Shown: positions 30,501 to 38,949 of the stretch, piece after piece | Position numbering within the stretch: the first letter of the stretch is position 1 | How the letters are laid out: every line of letters begins with the position of its first letter | Virus record (IMG/VR): IMGVR_UViG_3300032243_000455 | Location: 509 to 64,508 of that record | Strand: one strand, 5' to 3' | DNA: 64,000 bases | Source of the DNA: a virus | Taxonomy: Duplodnaviria; Caudoviricetes | Made by a program: the position numbers and the translations under genes | The notes under the pieces: generated by a model | The model's input: only the letters and a program-made list of their open reading frames with translations | Databases searched by the model: none | Told to the model about the DNA's origin: nothing

Positions 30501-33500
30501 ATAGTATAAATTTTACCGATCGTAAAATTACCAGCGGAAACAATGCCGGCCCTCGTTGCAATAAACGATTCTCCAACGTCGCCAGTGATCGCTCCGACCA
30601 ATGTAAAATCTGTTGGTCTGGTGTTATTTCCAGTACTTACAATGGTATACCTTGTACCTATAACTATGTCGTCAATTAGATGAGCCGTCGTTGTTTGATA
30701 ATTAGGCGAGCCTACTACAATAACATCAGCCGTTGCATCAACACTATGTCCAAAAGATTCGTGTTCTTGCAAATCTGCTTGTAATTTTTCAGATAGCAAA
30801 TACTTTCCACCAACACGCTCAAAAGAATAAACTTGTCCAGCATAGCCTTGAAGCTCAGAAAATGTAGTTGTATTTTTATCAAATATTGTGTTATCAGAAA
30901 AATATGAATATTTTTTGTATGGTGTGTTTTTTGCACCTACCACAATGCGTTCGGTTCCTGCACTAATACTAACACTTGATCCGAATAAAATATTATTATA
31001 TTCGTCATAGCTTTCTAATTTTTGTTTTAAACGCCAGTTAGGGCTATCTAGATTTGCACTATTGAGATAGTATACCGATCCTTGATTTTGTAGATTGATA
31101 TCTGCAAGTGGGCTGGAAACAACAATATTTTTTCCAGTGGCGTCTACATCAACTGCAAATCCAAATTTATCACCTACATATAGATACTCAGGTGTTCCGG
31201 TGTCATTTATGTTGTTTAATGTTTGTGCTGTGACAGTTTGTTTTAATTGATATATTTGATTACTGTCTCGTTGATAAATGTAGATTTTTCCTGTAGAATT
31301 AGAAGAGCTGTCTCCTACCGATGCCCAAGGATCGCCATTTTCTGGAGATTGATTTACGCTGTTAAATGTTAATGTTGAATCATAAGTAGTGTCATCTGTC
31401 CAGTTTCTAGGATCAATTAATTTATAGTATCCTTGAGAAGAATATCCAGGATTGTTATTATTTCCAACATACTTAACAACATCACCAACTTGATACTCTT
31501 GATATTTGGTCCACTCGCCTTTATAATTTTCAAAATATTCGCCATCGCTGTCAGGTGCACCGACAACTAGTATAGACCCATCGGTATTCATTGCAATACT
31601 ACTACCAAACTGATCTCCCAGTTTGGTCAATTCAGCCTGTTGTGTTTTGCTCAATAATCCCAATCCCAGTGTCGATCCGTCATCAACTAGTGCAATATTT
31701 GTTGGTAAAGAATTTTGAGTAAAGACCGGATCTATCTGTTTCCACTCGGAAGCAAATGTTGGATCGTTGCTTTGAATAGCAATTGTGCTATCGCTGGCAC
31801 TGTCTTCGTTGATGTCGACTTGGGCTTCCCATAATTTGCCGTCCCACCAGACTATCGATCCTTTGTGATATCTTACATTACTTTCGTAAATTCCGCGATA
31901 GTTATTATTTTCGTGCATTACCCATTCAGTGTTACTGAACTTGAATAGGTAAACTCTTCCTCTGTTAGCCAATGCGCCTGGCGCAGAAACTGACATCCAG
32001 TAGTCAAATCCATCAAACCCTATAGAAATTTTACTACCAAATAATTCGTTTGCAGCAATTCTTGGACTTAATAAAATTTTAAATAATTGCCAATTATTAT
32101 TTGTCCATTGGTAGATATTGATCAATCCCTGATTTAGCGGCCCAACATTGGTGCCATGCACAGGATCGTACGACACCACTGTTGCGATATCCCAATCAGA
32201 AGATCCAAGTCCTATAATATTACGAGTGCTATCATCTTTATTTTTAGGAACAAACTTGTTAGCAGTCCATAATTTTCCATGAGATAATATAATATCACCC
32301 TCGTCGTAATCTACATTGGCACTGTACTCTCCTCTAAAGTGAGATAATGCCCCAGATGCATACGGTGCACCAATTACTAGCCAGCGATTATCAGGACTCA
32401 CTGCCATTGCAGATCCAAACGAGTTTCCTAATATTGCCTCCAACACCAGCTCTGGCAGTATAATTTGTTTAATTTGTAGTGTATCGCTTTCAAGATAAGT
32501 GGTCACCACCGACGATGCCGGCATACTCACGATCGTCTGTTTTAATATATCTGCATGAAGTACTGCCGATCCCGCACCCAAAGGAACTGTTGTTCCATAG
32601 TTACTGATCTTTTTATATTCAAATACTTTGTTCTTCTCAACTACTTGCCAGCCGATGTTTTCGACCGAGTCGAGCCATAGTTTTGAACCTGCCCGTAATG
32701 CTGCTGATGCTGTTGGAGAAAGATCTGCAGAAGATTTAATTCTAGCTTCGGTAAATCCGTATATTCCATATACGGTGCTTTGATCGAGCATCGGCTCTTG
32801 TGCATTTGCAGCCACTGTAACTGTTACTGTTCGCAAGGTCACTGCTGTAATTTCAAAGAAACCTGTAAGATTCTGTATATCTGAAATTCCAATAATATCG
32901 CCTACCGCTAATTTATGATCACGATTAAAAGTTAATGTAACTGATGCACTGTCTTTTGTTGCAGAAGTAATTGATAAAATTGATTTTTTGTTTAGTCGTA
33001 GCACAGTCCAAGAATAGCTATCAAACGTAATCCAAAAATGATCATTCTCTTTGACCCCAGCTATGTCTACACCTACAATATCAGAACGAGATTTTAAAAT
33101 ATAGTCAATTTGATCTAGTTTAACATATCCCGCAGTTTGCATAGTGCCGGCTGCTATTTTCGGTAGCATGTTTGTTACAAACGGTGAGTCGGCCTTTGTA
33201 AAGCGTGATGGTGGGATCCGTAAATATTGATCTAAAAGTGCCGCACTTGGTTCTGCAGAAACAAACACAATCGGTTGTGGATTAAGTTGAAATGTACCTT
33301 TGTCTAAAGAAAATTCTATTTCCCGTAGTTGATCTTTACCGCCAAATGTTCCAACATTAAATGCCCATTCTTCATTTAATACAATGGCATCTTCTGTAGT
33401 CTTACTGAGTTTATCAAATATTTTAGTAGCGGCATTTAATGTTCCTTTGTCTCTAATAAATCCTTGATACAACTGAAACTGCGTTACGTCATCTTCTGCA

Positions 33501-36500
33501 AGATTTTGTAAGTATTCTCTCTTTTGATATCCAACTGCATGTCGTCCCAGATCACGCTGGCTCGATTCTAGACCGTCTGAATCTAAATTATAATAATCTG
33601 AAAACTGATTAATTCTATAATCAAAATTTGGAACCAGTGAACGCTGTGGAGTAGAGTCTAAAATTGACCACTTGGTAGTATCAAACTCTAAAGATCCTAC
33701 TTGATTTCGTTGACTAGTCCAGGTATTTGTCTTATATAATACAATGTCGCCGAGTTTGTAATCAGTATATGGCTGCCATACTTGGATATTTACATTATCG
33801 TAAATAAAACCAGGACTGATATAATCGCCGGTCCAATCAACTGTCCTGAATCCTCTTGATTTAATTCTTTCTTGTCTATAGCCTGTGGTTTTATCGTAGA
33901 TAATATCATTAAAAACTGTGCGGTCGTCAAAAATAACAACGTGTTCTTTAATCACTAAATGCGCCTTAAAGAAATAAATTCCGTCTGTGGTATTGGTTGT
34001 TTCTATTGTTACATGTTGAACTTCACGTTTAATATTTAGATAAGTCGGAGCGATCGGAGTGCCGTTGCTCTTATACACTTGATAGTCGTAAAAACTATCT
34101 AGCAAATTAGCCGGAACACCTATAGCAAAAGACATATCTAATTTTTCTGCAGCTGGGCTTAATGTAATTAATGACCCAGTGGCCCAATTGTGGACTGTCC
34201 AGTACATAAATTCTTTCGCACTTGTCGTCCAGTTTTGCGTAACCTTGTTGTTGCTATCATATCGATCAAACTTAAATCCTTGAGAAATTAGGTACTGTTC
34301 GTATCCAAACAAGAAATCAACCACTGACTGAATCGATGTTAGAACGGTTCCGTAGGTTACCGTAGATTCAAAAACTGTATTGAATCCTGTTCTATTCAAT
34401 GCTTCAACAGCATTTTTCTTAGGTAAATTAGGAAGTTTTTTCCATAGTGCAGGATCAAACGATGCTCCCGATGTGTGACTACTTAAACTTCTATAGTATT
34501 CGTTTTGATATTGTATGATAACTCCGTTGCCAAAAAATTGACTGGCGGTCCATACTATAAATTCTTCACTTACACCGCCAACTGTCATTAGGCCGTCGGC
34601 TTGTGTTGGAATCGCTTCAAAATATTTAAAGTACGGCTGAAGACTATCATATCCTCGTATTTTCCAACCCCTATCTAATTTTTCAATAATTACACCACTA
34701 TAAACAATAGTGCTTATTGGAGTACTAACATTAAAAAATATCTTTTGATTTTCAGGTGGAACAAAAACATTTCCCGATGTTGAGGATGGTGTTTTACTAT
34801 CTAGGATAAATTTCTGCTGACCTTGATCAACAAATCCACTTAGCCGATGCGTTAATGCAATATCAATTCCTGCAATTACTGATACTCCCAAGACTCCAAT
34901 ATCTGTATTCTGACTCTTGAGATAATCCGCTGCCCAATTTACCAATCCGTTAGTATCTGTTGTTCCAAGATTGTCAGGCAATAGATCTTCTTGAATAATA
35001 AATGTCCCAGACGATCTATAAATTTTTTGATTTAAAATGTTTGTTGTCGATTGGATTCTATTAAAATTTTGACCGATAAAATCGATAGGTCTAAGCAATG
35101 ACAACGCTAAACTAATAGCAAATGGGTATTCGCTTGTGTTATACCAAGCATGCTCTACTGGAGAAATATCGCCAAGTGCAAAATCAGTGTTGGCATTAAC
35201 TAAAGAAAAATTTTGTGCAAGGCCTGATTCTAGAGGGCTTAATAGCTTGCCATCACCATCAACAGGAATATGCGAAAGCAATGTAGATCGAGCATATCGA
35301 ATATGCTGTCCGGCCCTAGTTCCATGTCTAATAATACCGTTTGTAAGATCTTCCCACAAGATTAAATTATTACTAGTGTAGGGAGCAGACCCGTATTCAC
35401 TTTCCCACCAGGTTGGTTTTTCACTAAATCCTAACATCTCCCAAGGACAAGTATGTGGACGGTCGGTATCATAAAACCATTTATAAATTCCTCTCCACCA
35501 ACCTAGTAAATTTTGAGATCCCAAAGGATCGTTCATTTTAGAATAGGTATATGTAAATGAATTTTCAGAATCAAAATAATTATTAGTAATATAATTAACG
35601 TTTGAATTTGAAATCCAGCTTAAAAATTCTCTATTAATAATTTCAGATATTTTATCTCGACCAAAGATTCCAGTATTATAATATCCACCCAATACCATAT
35701 CGTTATCAAAGATCTTTTCATCATATTCTGATTTAATATTGTTGTAGATACGTAGTTCTAATTCTAAAATTGCATCATCACGATAGTCACCGAACGCAGT
35801 AATTAAACTACCATCGTGACCTTGGATCATCATCCGAGGAGTTATATATGTGTCATCTAAAAATTTGCCAGGAAGATATTTTTTATACATTCCTAATTTT
35901 GTAGGAGTTTCTGGAATATAATTTATAGCGGTTGATGTATATTCTCTAATTTCAATATTGTCGCCTTCTTGCAGATCGATCTTAAGATTGACAAACGGAA
36001 ATGTTAAATTAAAATCATATTCTTTGTTAACTATTAACTGTCTGTCATTGTGATATACATAGACGGCACGTCTTGTATGAGTCGGATCAAGATCTAGACT
36101 AAACTGCTCCGATAATGCAAAAGTTTTTATTCCGGTATCTTCAACAGTATAGTATATCGGAGTATATGATCCGCTACCAATCATATCCGAATTTAAAAAC
36201 GGATTGGCATTGGTTTTAGCTTTTGTAATTTCCTTTATGGCAGCGTCGACAAAATTTGCAATATTACTGTCATAGTTAATTTGTGCAATAGCTGTTAAAA
36301 AGTTATTTTTAAATTCAGTATATGATTTTTTGGCAAATTTAATAGATTTAATTACATTGAAATCTGTATTGGCTAAAATAAAGATGGATAATCCAGATAG
36401 ATTCGCATGTTTTAAAAAGCGTTTTGAATATTGCTGGTACCCAGAAATGTCTCTAAGATTTCCGCTGTCACCTGAGAATGATCCTGTAAAATCAGGGAAA

Positions 36501-38947
36501 AATTCCAGACCGGTTGAAATATGATCCACGGCCTGCCCAAAGGTAAACGATTCAATTGGTCTATTTCCTGCATTTTTTTCTAGTGCTACTGGAATTTCAT
36601 AATACCCAGTATCTGGAGGAATATTTGAGAAAATCTTAACAACAATCACATCATTAGCTGCAAAGGTTTTTGTAAATGTAAAAGTTTTATCTTTTCTAGT
36701 ATATGGCGTAGTTATTTTTACTCCGTTAAGATAAAAATAAATTTCAGCATCATTATCCAACTTATCCCAATCTACAGTAGTAAGTGTTACCGATGATGTT
36801 GCAACTGTAATTATCTGAGAATCAATAATTGGTTGAATGTATTTGTTATTGGTTTCTATCCAGCTGTTAGCATATTCGCCAGTATCATTAAATTTGTAAT
36901 ATCCTGTGATGATCCGGCCAGTAACTGATTGTCGGTTGACTTCATAGGTAAAAGTATCAAGGTCCCAGTCATTAGAAAATTGAATATCTCCAATGTTATC
37001 GATGTTTAAGTGACTTAATGCAAAGCCCAAATATTTGTCAGCTACTCCTGCAGGGCTTACCAGATAACTGATAATTCTAGTACCCGAGAATGTCGAGACA
37101 GGATAAGTTTCTGTATCACCAAGACTAATACCAGTTTCATCAAACACATCAAATAGCGGTGGCTGATTTACTGTTGTCTTTATCTGACTTAGTAACCAAG
37201 AGCTACCGTTAAAGTAGTACATCTGGCCTTGGTTTATTGCGCCGCGCTTGACTAGAACAGTCTCATTAATTATAGATGGTGTGTCTTCGACTGTTTTTAA
37301 AGTTATTTGTTTGCGACCGTTGAATGTAATAAATCTAATTTCATATATTTGATTATTAGCTAGAGTGTCTGTGTCAGCAACAACTAAAATCCTGGCTCCT
37401 TCAAATACATCTTCGCCATCGATATTATAGCCGGTACTTCCTTCAATTTTAGAAAACACGTCTGTTGTAAATGTATCAACAAAGTCAACCGTTGCTTTTG
37501 CATGGGTGCCATGTTGAAATAATTTTAAGTTTGCCTGAAATTCAATAATAGGTCGTTTTGCTCTGGAGGTTTCTGCTGAATCAAAATTTGAACCTGAAAT
37601 ACTATGTGAATATTCTAACACATCTTTGTGAAACCATCTATTGTATCTCGACCACGGATTTGCATCAATGCTACTTTTTGCAATTGTAATATAATCCTGA
37701 GAAGATGGATATGTTGTTGCATCATCAAACGGCACGTCATCAAAACCGTCATTGTCAAATAATACTTCTGGTCGAGTTGCGTTTAATACAGGAACTATTA
37801 AATTATCAAATAAGGTAAGACTAATTTTTGTTCCAACCCCTTCAACTAGCCAGTTGCCTTTAGAATACTTTGTAGGTGTAACATTACCACCAAATGACAC
37901 TATCATGCCATTGCTAAATGCAATATTATTTCCGCTAGTATAGGTTACTTTGTTTAGGATTTCTTTTTCTATATCAAGTGTGGTATTAGAAATAATATCT
38001 TCGATTAAAATTCTACCAAATCTATTCGGATCTGTTTTACTTTGATAGTATAATACATCCGGTGCATTGTAGGGAATATCAAATGTTATCGTCCCAGTTT
38101 CTGCACCGTTATTTGTAAGTCCGCTAGTATAGTCTAATGCTGTTGGGCTGTTGGCTAGCTCAACAAATTCCCAATCTTGAGAATTTTTATCAATGGTGCT
38201 GCCATCACCTGGAGCGATTGCTACTTTAGCTTTCCAGAGACCGCCATCAAATAGCACTAAAGAACCTGCCTGATAGGCCATATCAGGAACATATAGTAAC
38301 GACCCAGTATCATATGATGTTCTAATAGAAAACCCGTTGCCTGGCACATTAACAATGAATTTATATTTTTGACCGCGATATAATGTAAGCGTTGGATTAT
38401 TGGTATAACCGTCTGGGAAGAAAACAAATGATGATTGTTCTGCTAGCTTTACTCTATACGTGCTGGTAACTGTAGAATTTTGGCCGTATACACGTAAAGG
38501 AGGAGGACCACTTGGAATCCAGTAGTATTCTCGATAGTTGATAAACTTGTCCCAATCAATAGGAGGATTCCATGAGTAATGGGATTGATGCATTGTCAAG
38601 TCGTCACGTTCTTCGGTATTTCCAAAGAAAGTTAACATGTTTTTTAAATCGATATAATCATAAAAATTTAAAACTTCACCGTTAGACCGAACAACAACTG
38701 CTGGTTCCAACTGATATCGACTTCTTAGAGTGTTGTCAGTATCGAGATAAACATCACTACCGTTATAAGTTTTGCCGTATCTCTTACCAATATAACCAAC
38801 AGTTTTTTCTAATGTTCCTGGTTGAATTAACGGATCAAATGCGCCGTTAAAGAATTTATCATTAGCATCTGTTTGAAATACCTGTGGAAGAAATTCCGCA
38901 GCTTTTCGAATCGGTAGTTTGCTTTTAGGAAATACGTTATTTGCCAT
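24584..38947 (-). CDS. Giant (4787 aa) baseplate-wedge/adhesin protein, gp7-like position
   Basis: Uninterrupted 14.4-kb ORF right after the gp6-like gene; G.GY..AP.(I/V).I.G.G.GA.A repeats, FG-GAP-like propeller blades and CBM5/12-like modules. Confidence 0.8.
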   Translation of the reverse strand: MANNVFPKSKLPIRKAAEFLPQVFQTDANDKFFNGAFDPLIQPGTLEKTVGYIGKRYGKTYNGSDVYLDTDNTLRSRYQLEPAVVVRSNGEVLNFYDYIDLKNMLTFFGNTEERDDLTMHQSHYSWNPPIDWDKFINYREYYWIPSGPPPLRVYGQNSTVTSTYRVKLAEQSSFVFFPDGYTNNPTLTLYRGQKYKFIVNVPGNGFSIRTSYDTGSLLYVPDMAYQAGSLVLFDGGLWKAKVAIAPGDGSTIDKNSQDWEFVELANSPTALDYTSGLTNNGAETGTITFDIPYNAPDVLYYQSKTDPNRFGRILIEDIISNTTLDIEKEILNKVTYTSGNNIAFSNGMIVSFGGNVTPTKYSKGNWLVEGVGTKISLTLFDNLIVPVLNATRPEVLFDNDGFDDVPFDDATTYPSSQDYITIAKSSIDANPWSRYNRWFHKDVLEYSHSISGSNFDSAETSRAKRPIIEFQANLKLFQHGTHAKATVDFVDTFTTDVFSKIEGSTGYNIDGEDVFEGARILVVADTDTLANNQIYEIRFITFNGRKQITLKTVEDTPSIINETVLVKRGAINQGQMYYFNGSSWLLSQIKTTVNQPPLFDVFDETGISLGDTETYPVSTFSGTRIISYLVSPAGVADKYLGFALSHLNIDNIGDIQFSNDWDLDTFTYEVNRQSVTGRIITGYYKFNDTGEYANSWIETNNKYIQPIIDSQIITVATSSVTLTTVDWDKLDNDAEIYFYLNGVKITTPYTRKDKTFTFTKTFAANDVIVVKIFSNIPPDTGYYEIPVALEKNAGNRPIESFTFGQAVDHISTGLEFFPDFTGSFSGDSGNLRDISGYQQYSKRFLKHANLSGLSIFILANTDFNVIKSIKFAKKSYTEFKNNFLTAIAQINYDSNIANFVDAAIKEITKAKTNANPFLNSDMIGSGSYTPIYYTVEDTGIKTFALSEQFSLDLDPTHTRRAVYVYHNDRQLIVNKEYDFNLTFPFVNLKIDLQEGDNIEIREYTSTAINYIPETPTKLGMYKKYLPGKFLDDTYITPRMMIQGHDGSLITAFGDYRDDAILELELRIYNNIKSEYDEKIFDNDMVLGGYYNTGIFGRDKISEIINREFLSWISNSNVNYITNNYFDSENSFTYTYSKMNDPLGSQNLLGWWRGIYKWFYDTDRPHTCPWEMLGFSEKPTWWESEYGSAPYTSNNLILWEDLTNGIIRHGTRAGQHIRYARSTLLSHIPVDGDGKLLSPLESGLAQNFSLVNANTDFALGDISPVEHAWYNTSEYPFAISLALSLLRPIDFIGQNFNRIQSTTNILNQKIYRSSGTFIIQEDLLPDNLGTTDTNGLVNWAADYLKSQNTDIGVLGVSVIAGIDIALTHRLSGFVDQGQQKFILDSKTPSSTSGNVFVPPENQKIFFNVSTPISTIVYSGVIIEKLDRGWKIRGYDSLQPYFKYFEAIPTQADGLMTVGGVSEEFIVWTASQFFGNGVIIQYQNEYYRSLSSHTSGASFDPALWKKLPNLPKKNAVEALNRTGFNTVFESTVTYGTVLTSIQSVVDFLFGYEQYLISQGFKFDRYDSNNKVTQNWTTSAKEFMYWTVHNWATGSLITLSPAAEKLDMSFAIGVPANLLDSFYDYQVYKSNGTPIAPTYLNIKREVQHVTIETTNTTDGIYFFKAHLVIKEHVVIFDDRTVFNDIIYDKTTGYRQERIKSRGFRTVDWTGDYISPGFIYDNVNIQVWQPYTDYKLGDIVLYKTNTWTSQRNQVGSLEFDTTKWSILDSTPQRSLVPNFDYRINQFSDYYNLDSDGLESSQRDLGRHAVGYQKREYLQNLAEDDVTQFQLYQGFIRDKGTLNAATKIFDKLSKTTEDAIVLNEEWAFNVGTFGGKDQLREIEFSLDKGTFQLNPQPIVFVSAEPSAALLDQYLRIPPSRFTKADSPFVTNMLPKIAAGTMQTAGYVKLDQIDYILKSRSDIVGVDIAGVKENDHFWITFDSYSWTVLRLNKKSILSITSATKDSASVTLTFNRDHKLAVGDIIGISDIQNLTGFFEITAVTLRTVTVTVAANAQEPMLDQSTVYGIYGFTEARIKSSADLSPTASAALRAGSKLWLDSVENIGWQVVEKNKVFEYKKISNYGTTVPLGAGSAVLHADILKQTIVSMPASSVVTTYLESDTLQIKQIILPELVLEAILGNSFGSAMAVSPDNRWLVIGAPYASGALSHFRGEYSANVDYDEGDIILSHGKLWTANKFVPKNKDDSTRNIIGLGSSDWDIATVVSYDPVHGTNVGPLNQGLINIYQWTNNNWQLFKILLSPRIAANELFGSKISIGFDGFDYWMSVSAPGALANRGRVYLFKFSNTEWVMHENNNYRGIYESNVRYHKGSIVWWDGKLWEAQVDINEDSASDSTIAIQSNDPTFASEWKQIDPVFTQNSLPTNIALVDDGSTLGLGLLSKTQQAELTKLGDQFGSSIAMNTDGSILVVGAPDSDGEYFENYKGEWTKYQEYQVGDVVKYVGNNNNPGYSSQGYYKLIDPRNWTDDTTYDSTLTFNSVNQSPENGDPWASVGDSSSNSTGKIYIYQRDSNQIYQLKQTVTAQTLNNINDTGTPEYLYVGDKFGFAVDVDATGKNIVVSSPLADINLQNQGSVYYLNSANLDSPNWRLKQKLESYDEYNNILFGSSVSISAGTERIVVGAKNTPYKKYSYFSDNTIFDKNTTTFSELQGYAGQVYSFERVGGKYLLSEKLQADLQEHESFGHSVDATADVIVVGSPNYQTTTAHLIDDIVIGTRYTIVSTGNNTRPTDFTLVGAITGDVGESFIATRAGIVSAGNFTIGKIYTIRSSGTTVFTSIGAADNEPGTAFKATGVGSGSGTAVQGTGTVSTIDLIGTVRTFTKINGQNSFTTLGQQQLVTDTTKIKNIALIDNVKNIKIADVDIVDNAKLKILDVAEQELKFKTPYDPATYTNGTDEQIVSPDSAWFEKNVGRLWWNLSTAKWVYYEQGDTTYKIGNWNKLSTGASIDVYEWVESVLLPSEWSALADTADGISNGISGQPLYPNDDVYSVKQIYNPTTQLLTETRYYYWVKGSTVSPTNVVGRKFSAAAVAALIIDPAILGTPTLAIVDSDTILAYNFANSLTSGSGLLNIQLYKDSITVNPVHKEYLLLSEGVADSIPNAILETKWIDSLVGFDQAGNPVPDSKLPDRDKYGLGFRPRQSMFKNKSAILQVVVNNINTILATRPFSDTLNFNTLNLFDNVPVVELNDYDDVVTNLTDLTQYPVNRVRRAILTPNIINGEIDTIDIIDPGFGYKVAPYIEIEGAGAGATASVTIDKQGRISSVLVLTKGKRYDSAIIKIREYSVLVETDSTIAGYWAIYSWDQDRNQFYRRKAQGYDTRRYWESVDWWMDGYTPLTKIAFEIPALYLEPTLIVDIGELIRVREYGNGGWAVLVKVNAGQGDVLGNYILVGRYHGTIALKDSLYNTSTTAIGYDNVGFYDTNLYDLYPAAELRNILKAVKEDIFVDDLAVEWNKLFFASISYAFSEQPTINWAFKTSFINAIHNVGTLEQKLNYKNDNLPAYQQYLEEIKPYRTSIREYTSRYNFVEPSNTTAVDFDLPPVYSPRDGRIVPVGQGYNLFDQYPWKFWADNQGFSIAGISVSYGGENYTTPPTVIIEGNGTGAKAKAFVSNGVVSGIEVTSPGKNYTLTPTVTLVGGNGSSLKTAKASVILGDSKARIFDTTLKFDRITKDGLLRSFSTSQNFVSSGITAVFDLAYAPTRDKNKIKIYKNKQLVLNSEYSLQFYRSKVDTYQLLKGKLIFVTPVQVGDTINIEYDKNDELLDGVNRIQKYYAPADGMIGNDVGQLMTGIDFGGVQVQGTTFEITGGWDALPWFTDGWDSVDPNSDYYVVVDGSTAIIKLPFVPADGQMISIYVKRADTKNTVRIDDPFYDRYDGSTVQANGLKSRPSTSLMPSFRGDGSTTDVSFEGYFRMHAGDLMIFRPFESDGSVEINDPNLLDTKITGGSLAAIGGAYSTATGRTPEEIILDGDGFITPTQVPAPEENIPGQVLDSVSIKVFQNTNSGSSPMQNTVLFSDGSTTRYPIGLTVLESSSVLVYVNKVKYGYYDYNDDSNLDYTISFNTNEIIFFTAPPVNALIEIIAIGRGGVGLLDYQEFITDGNTDLFLTQAEYATTQSVFVTLDGDYIDTRFTNSSDIAVTTGAEITPDKAIVQFANKPAAGQVVKIIAFGASLNSDSSGQSIIRVNNQRFNFTGSTRTFELDRFIDLSRSSTAGSMLVMLNNKKLRGPDTYYAVYDGTNNNVLVGTDPVATITAVDIKVYINNILQPFVTAYVYNGTTKTVTVNTAFLTLQDVIKIEILVNAQYLISANNNLTINSNVAMISGDRLEVTWFSEYATYDIISDTYAGGKVNYSLSRDPLDSNYVWVYLNGERLVNGTDFYVSLPRNVVYITSDTTSADAVEIIQFGNQIYKDPRAYEIYKDMLNITHYTRYSLGEVKLAADLNYYDTEIVVSDASMLDNPIANRNIPGAISIRNERIEYLTKTGNILGQLRRGSLGSAIGISYPAGTRLSNAGASDTISYSDTQEKEDFISGGPTTFVYDGSTHFELNSKVEYGNGNKDNLIVTVNNKLVNASSFTLTDTSTGGFVILTTPVHYNDGTNVALADNDVISITSLLAGPLNFIPLYSDRAFTSRSKIPTDYGMCDQLDVFVAGRRLRKDSLKVFSEELGASSPTADTIVAPEFSVDGVSNYIRITEPVPAGTRILIIRKTGKIWYDRAETTASKGITLLDNLSPIARFIDQKSTELPE

Positions 38948-38949
38948 AA

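Noticed and set aside
24584-38947. Recurrent DGST/DDST/DST words in the giant protein as a glycosylation sequon
   Set aside because: Most copies (DGST) do not fit the Bacteroidota D-(S/T)-x sequon and are equally explained as beta-turns; enrichment was not computed
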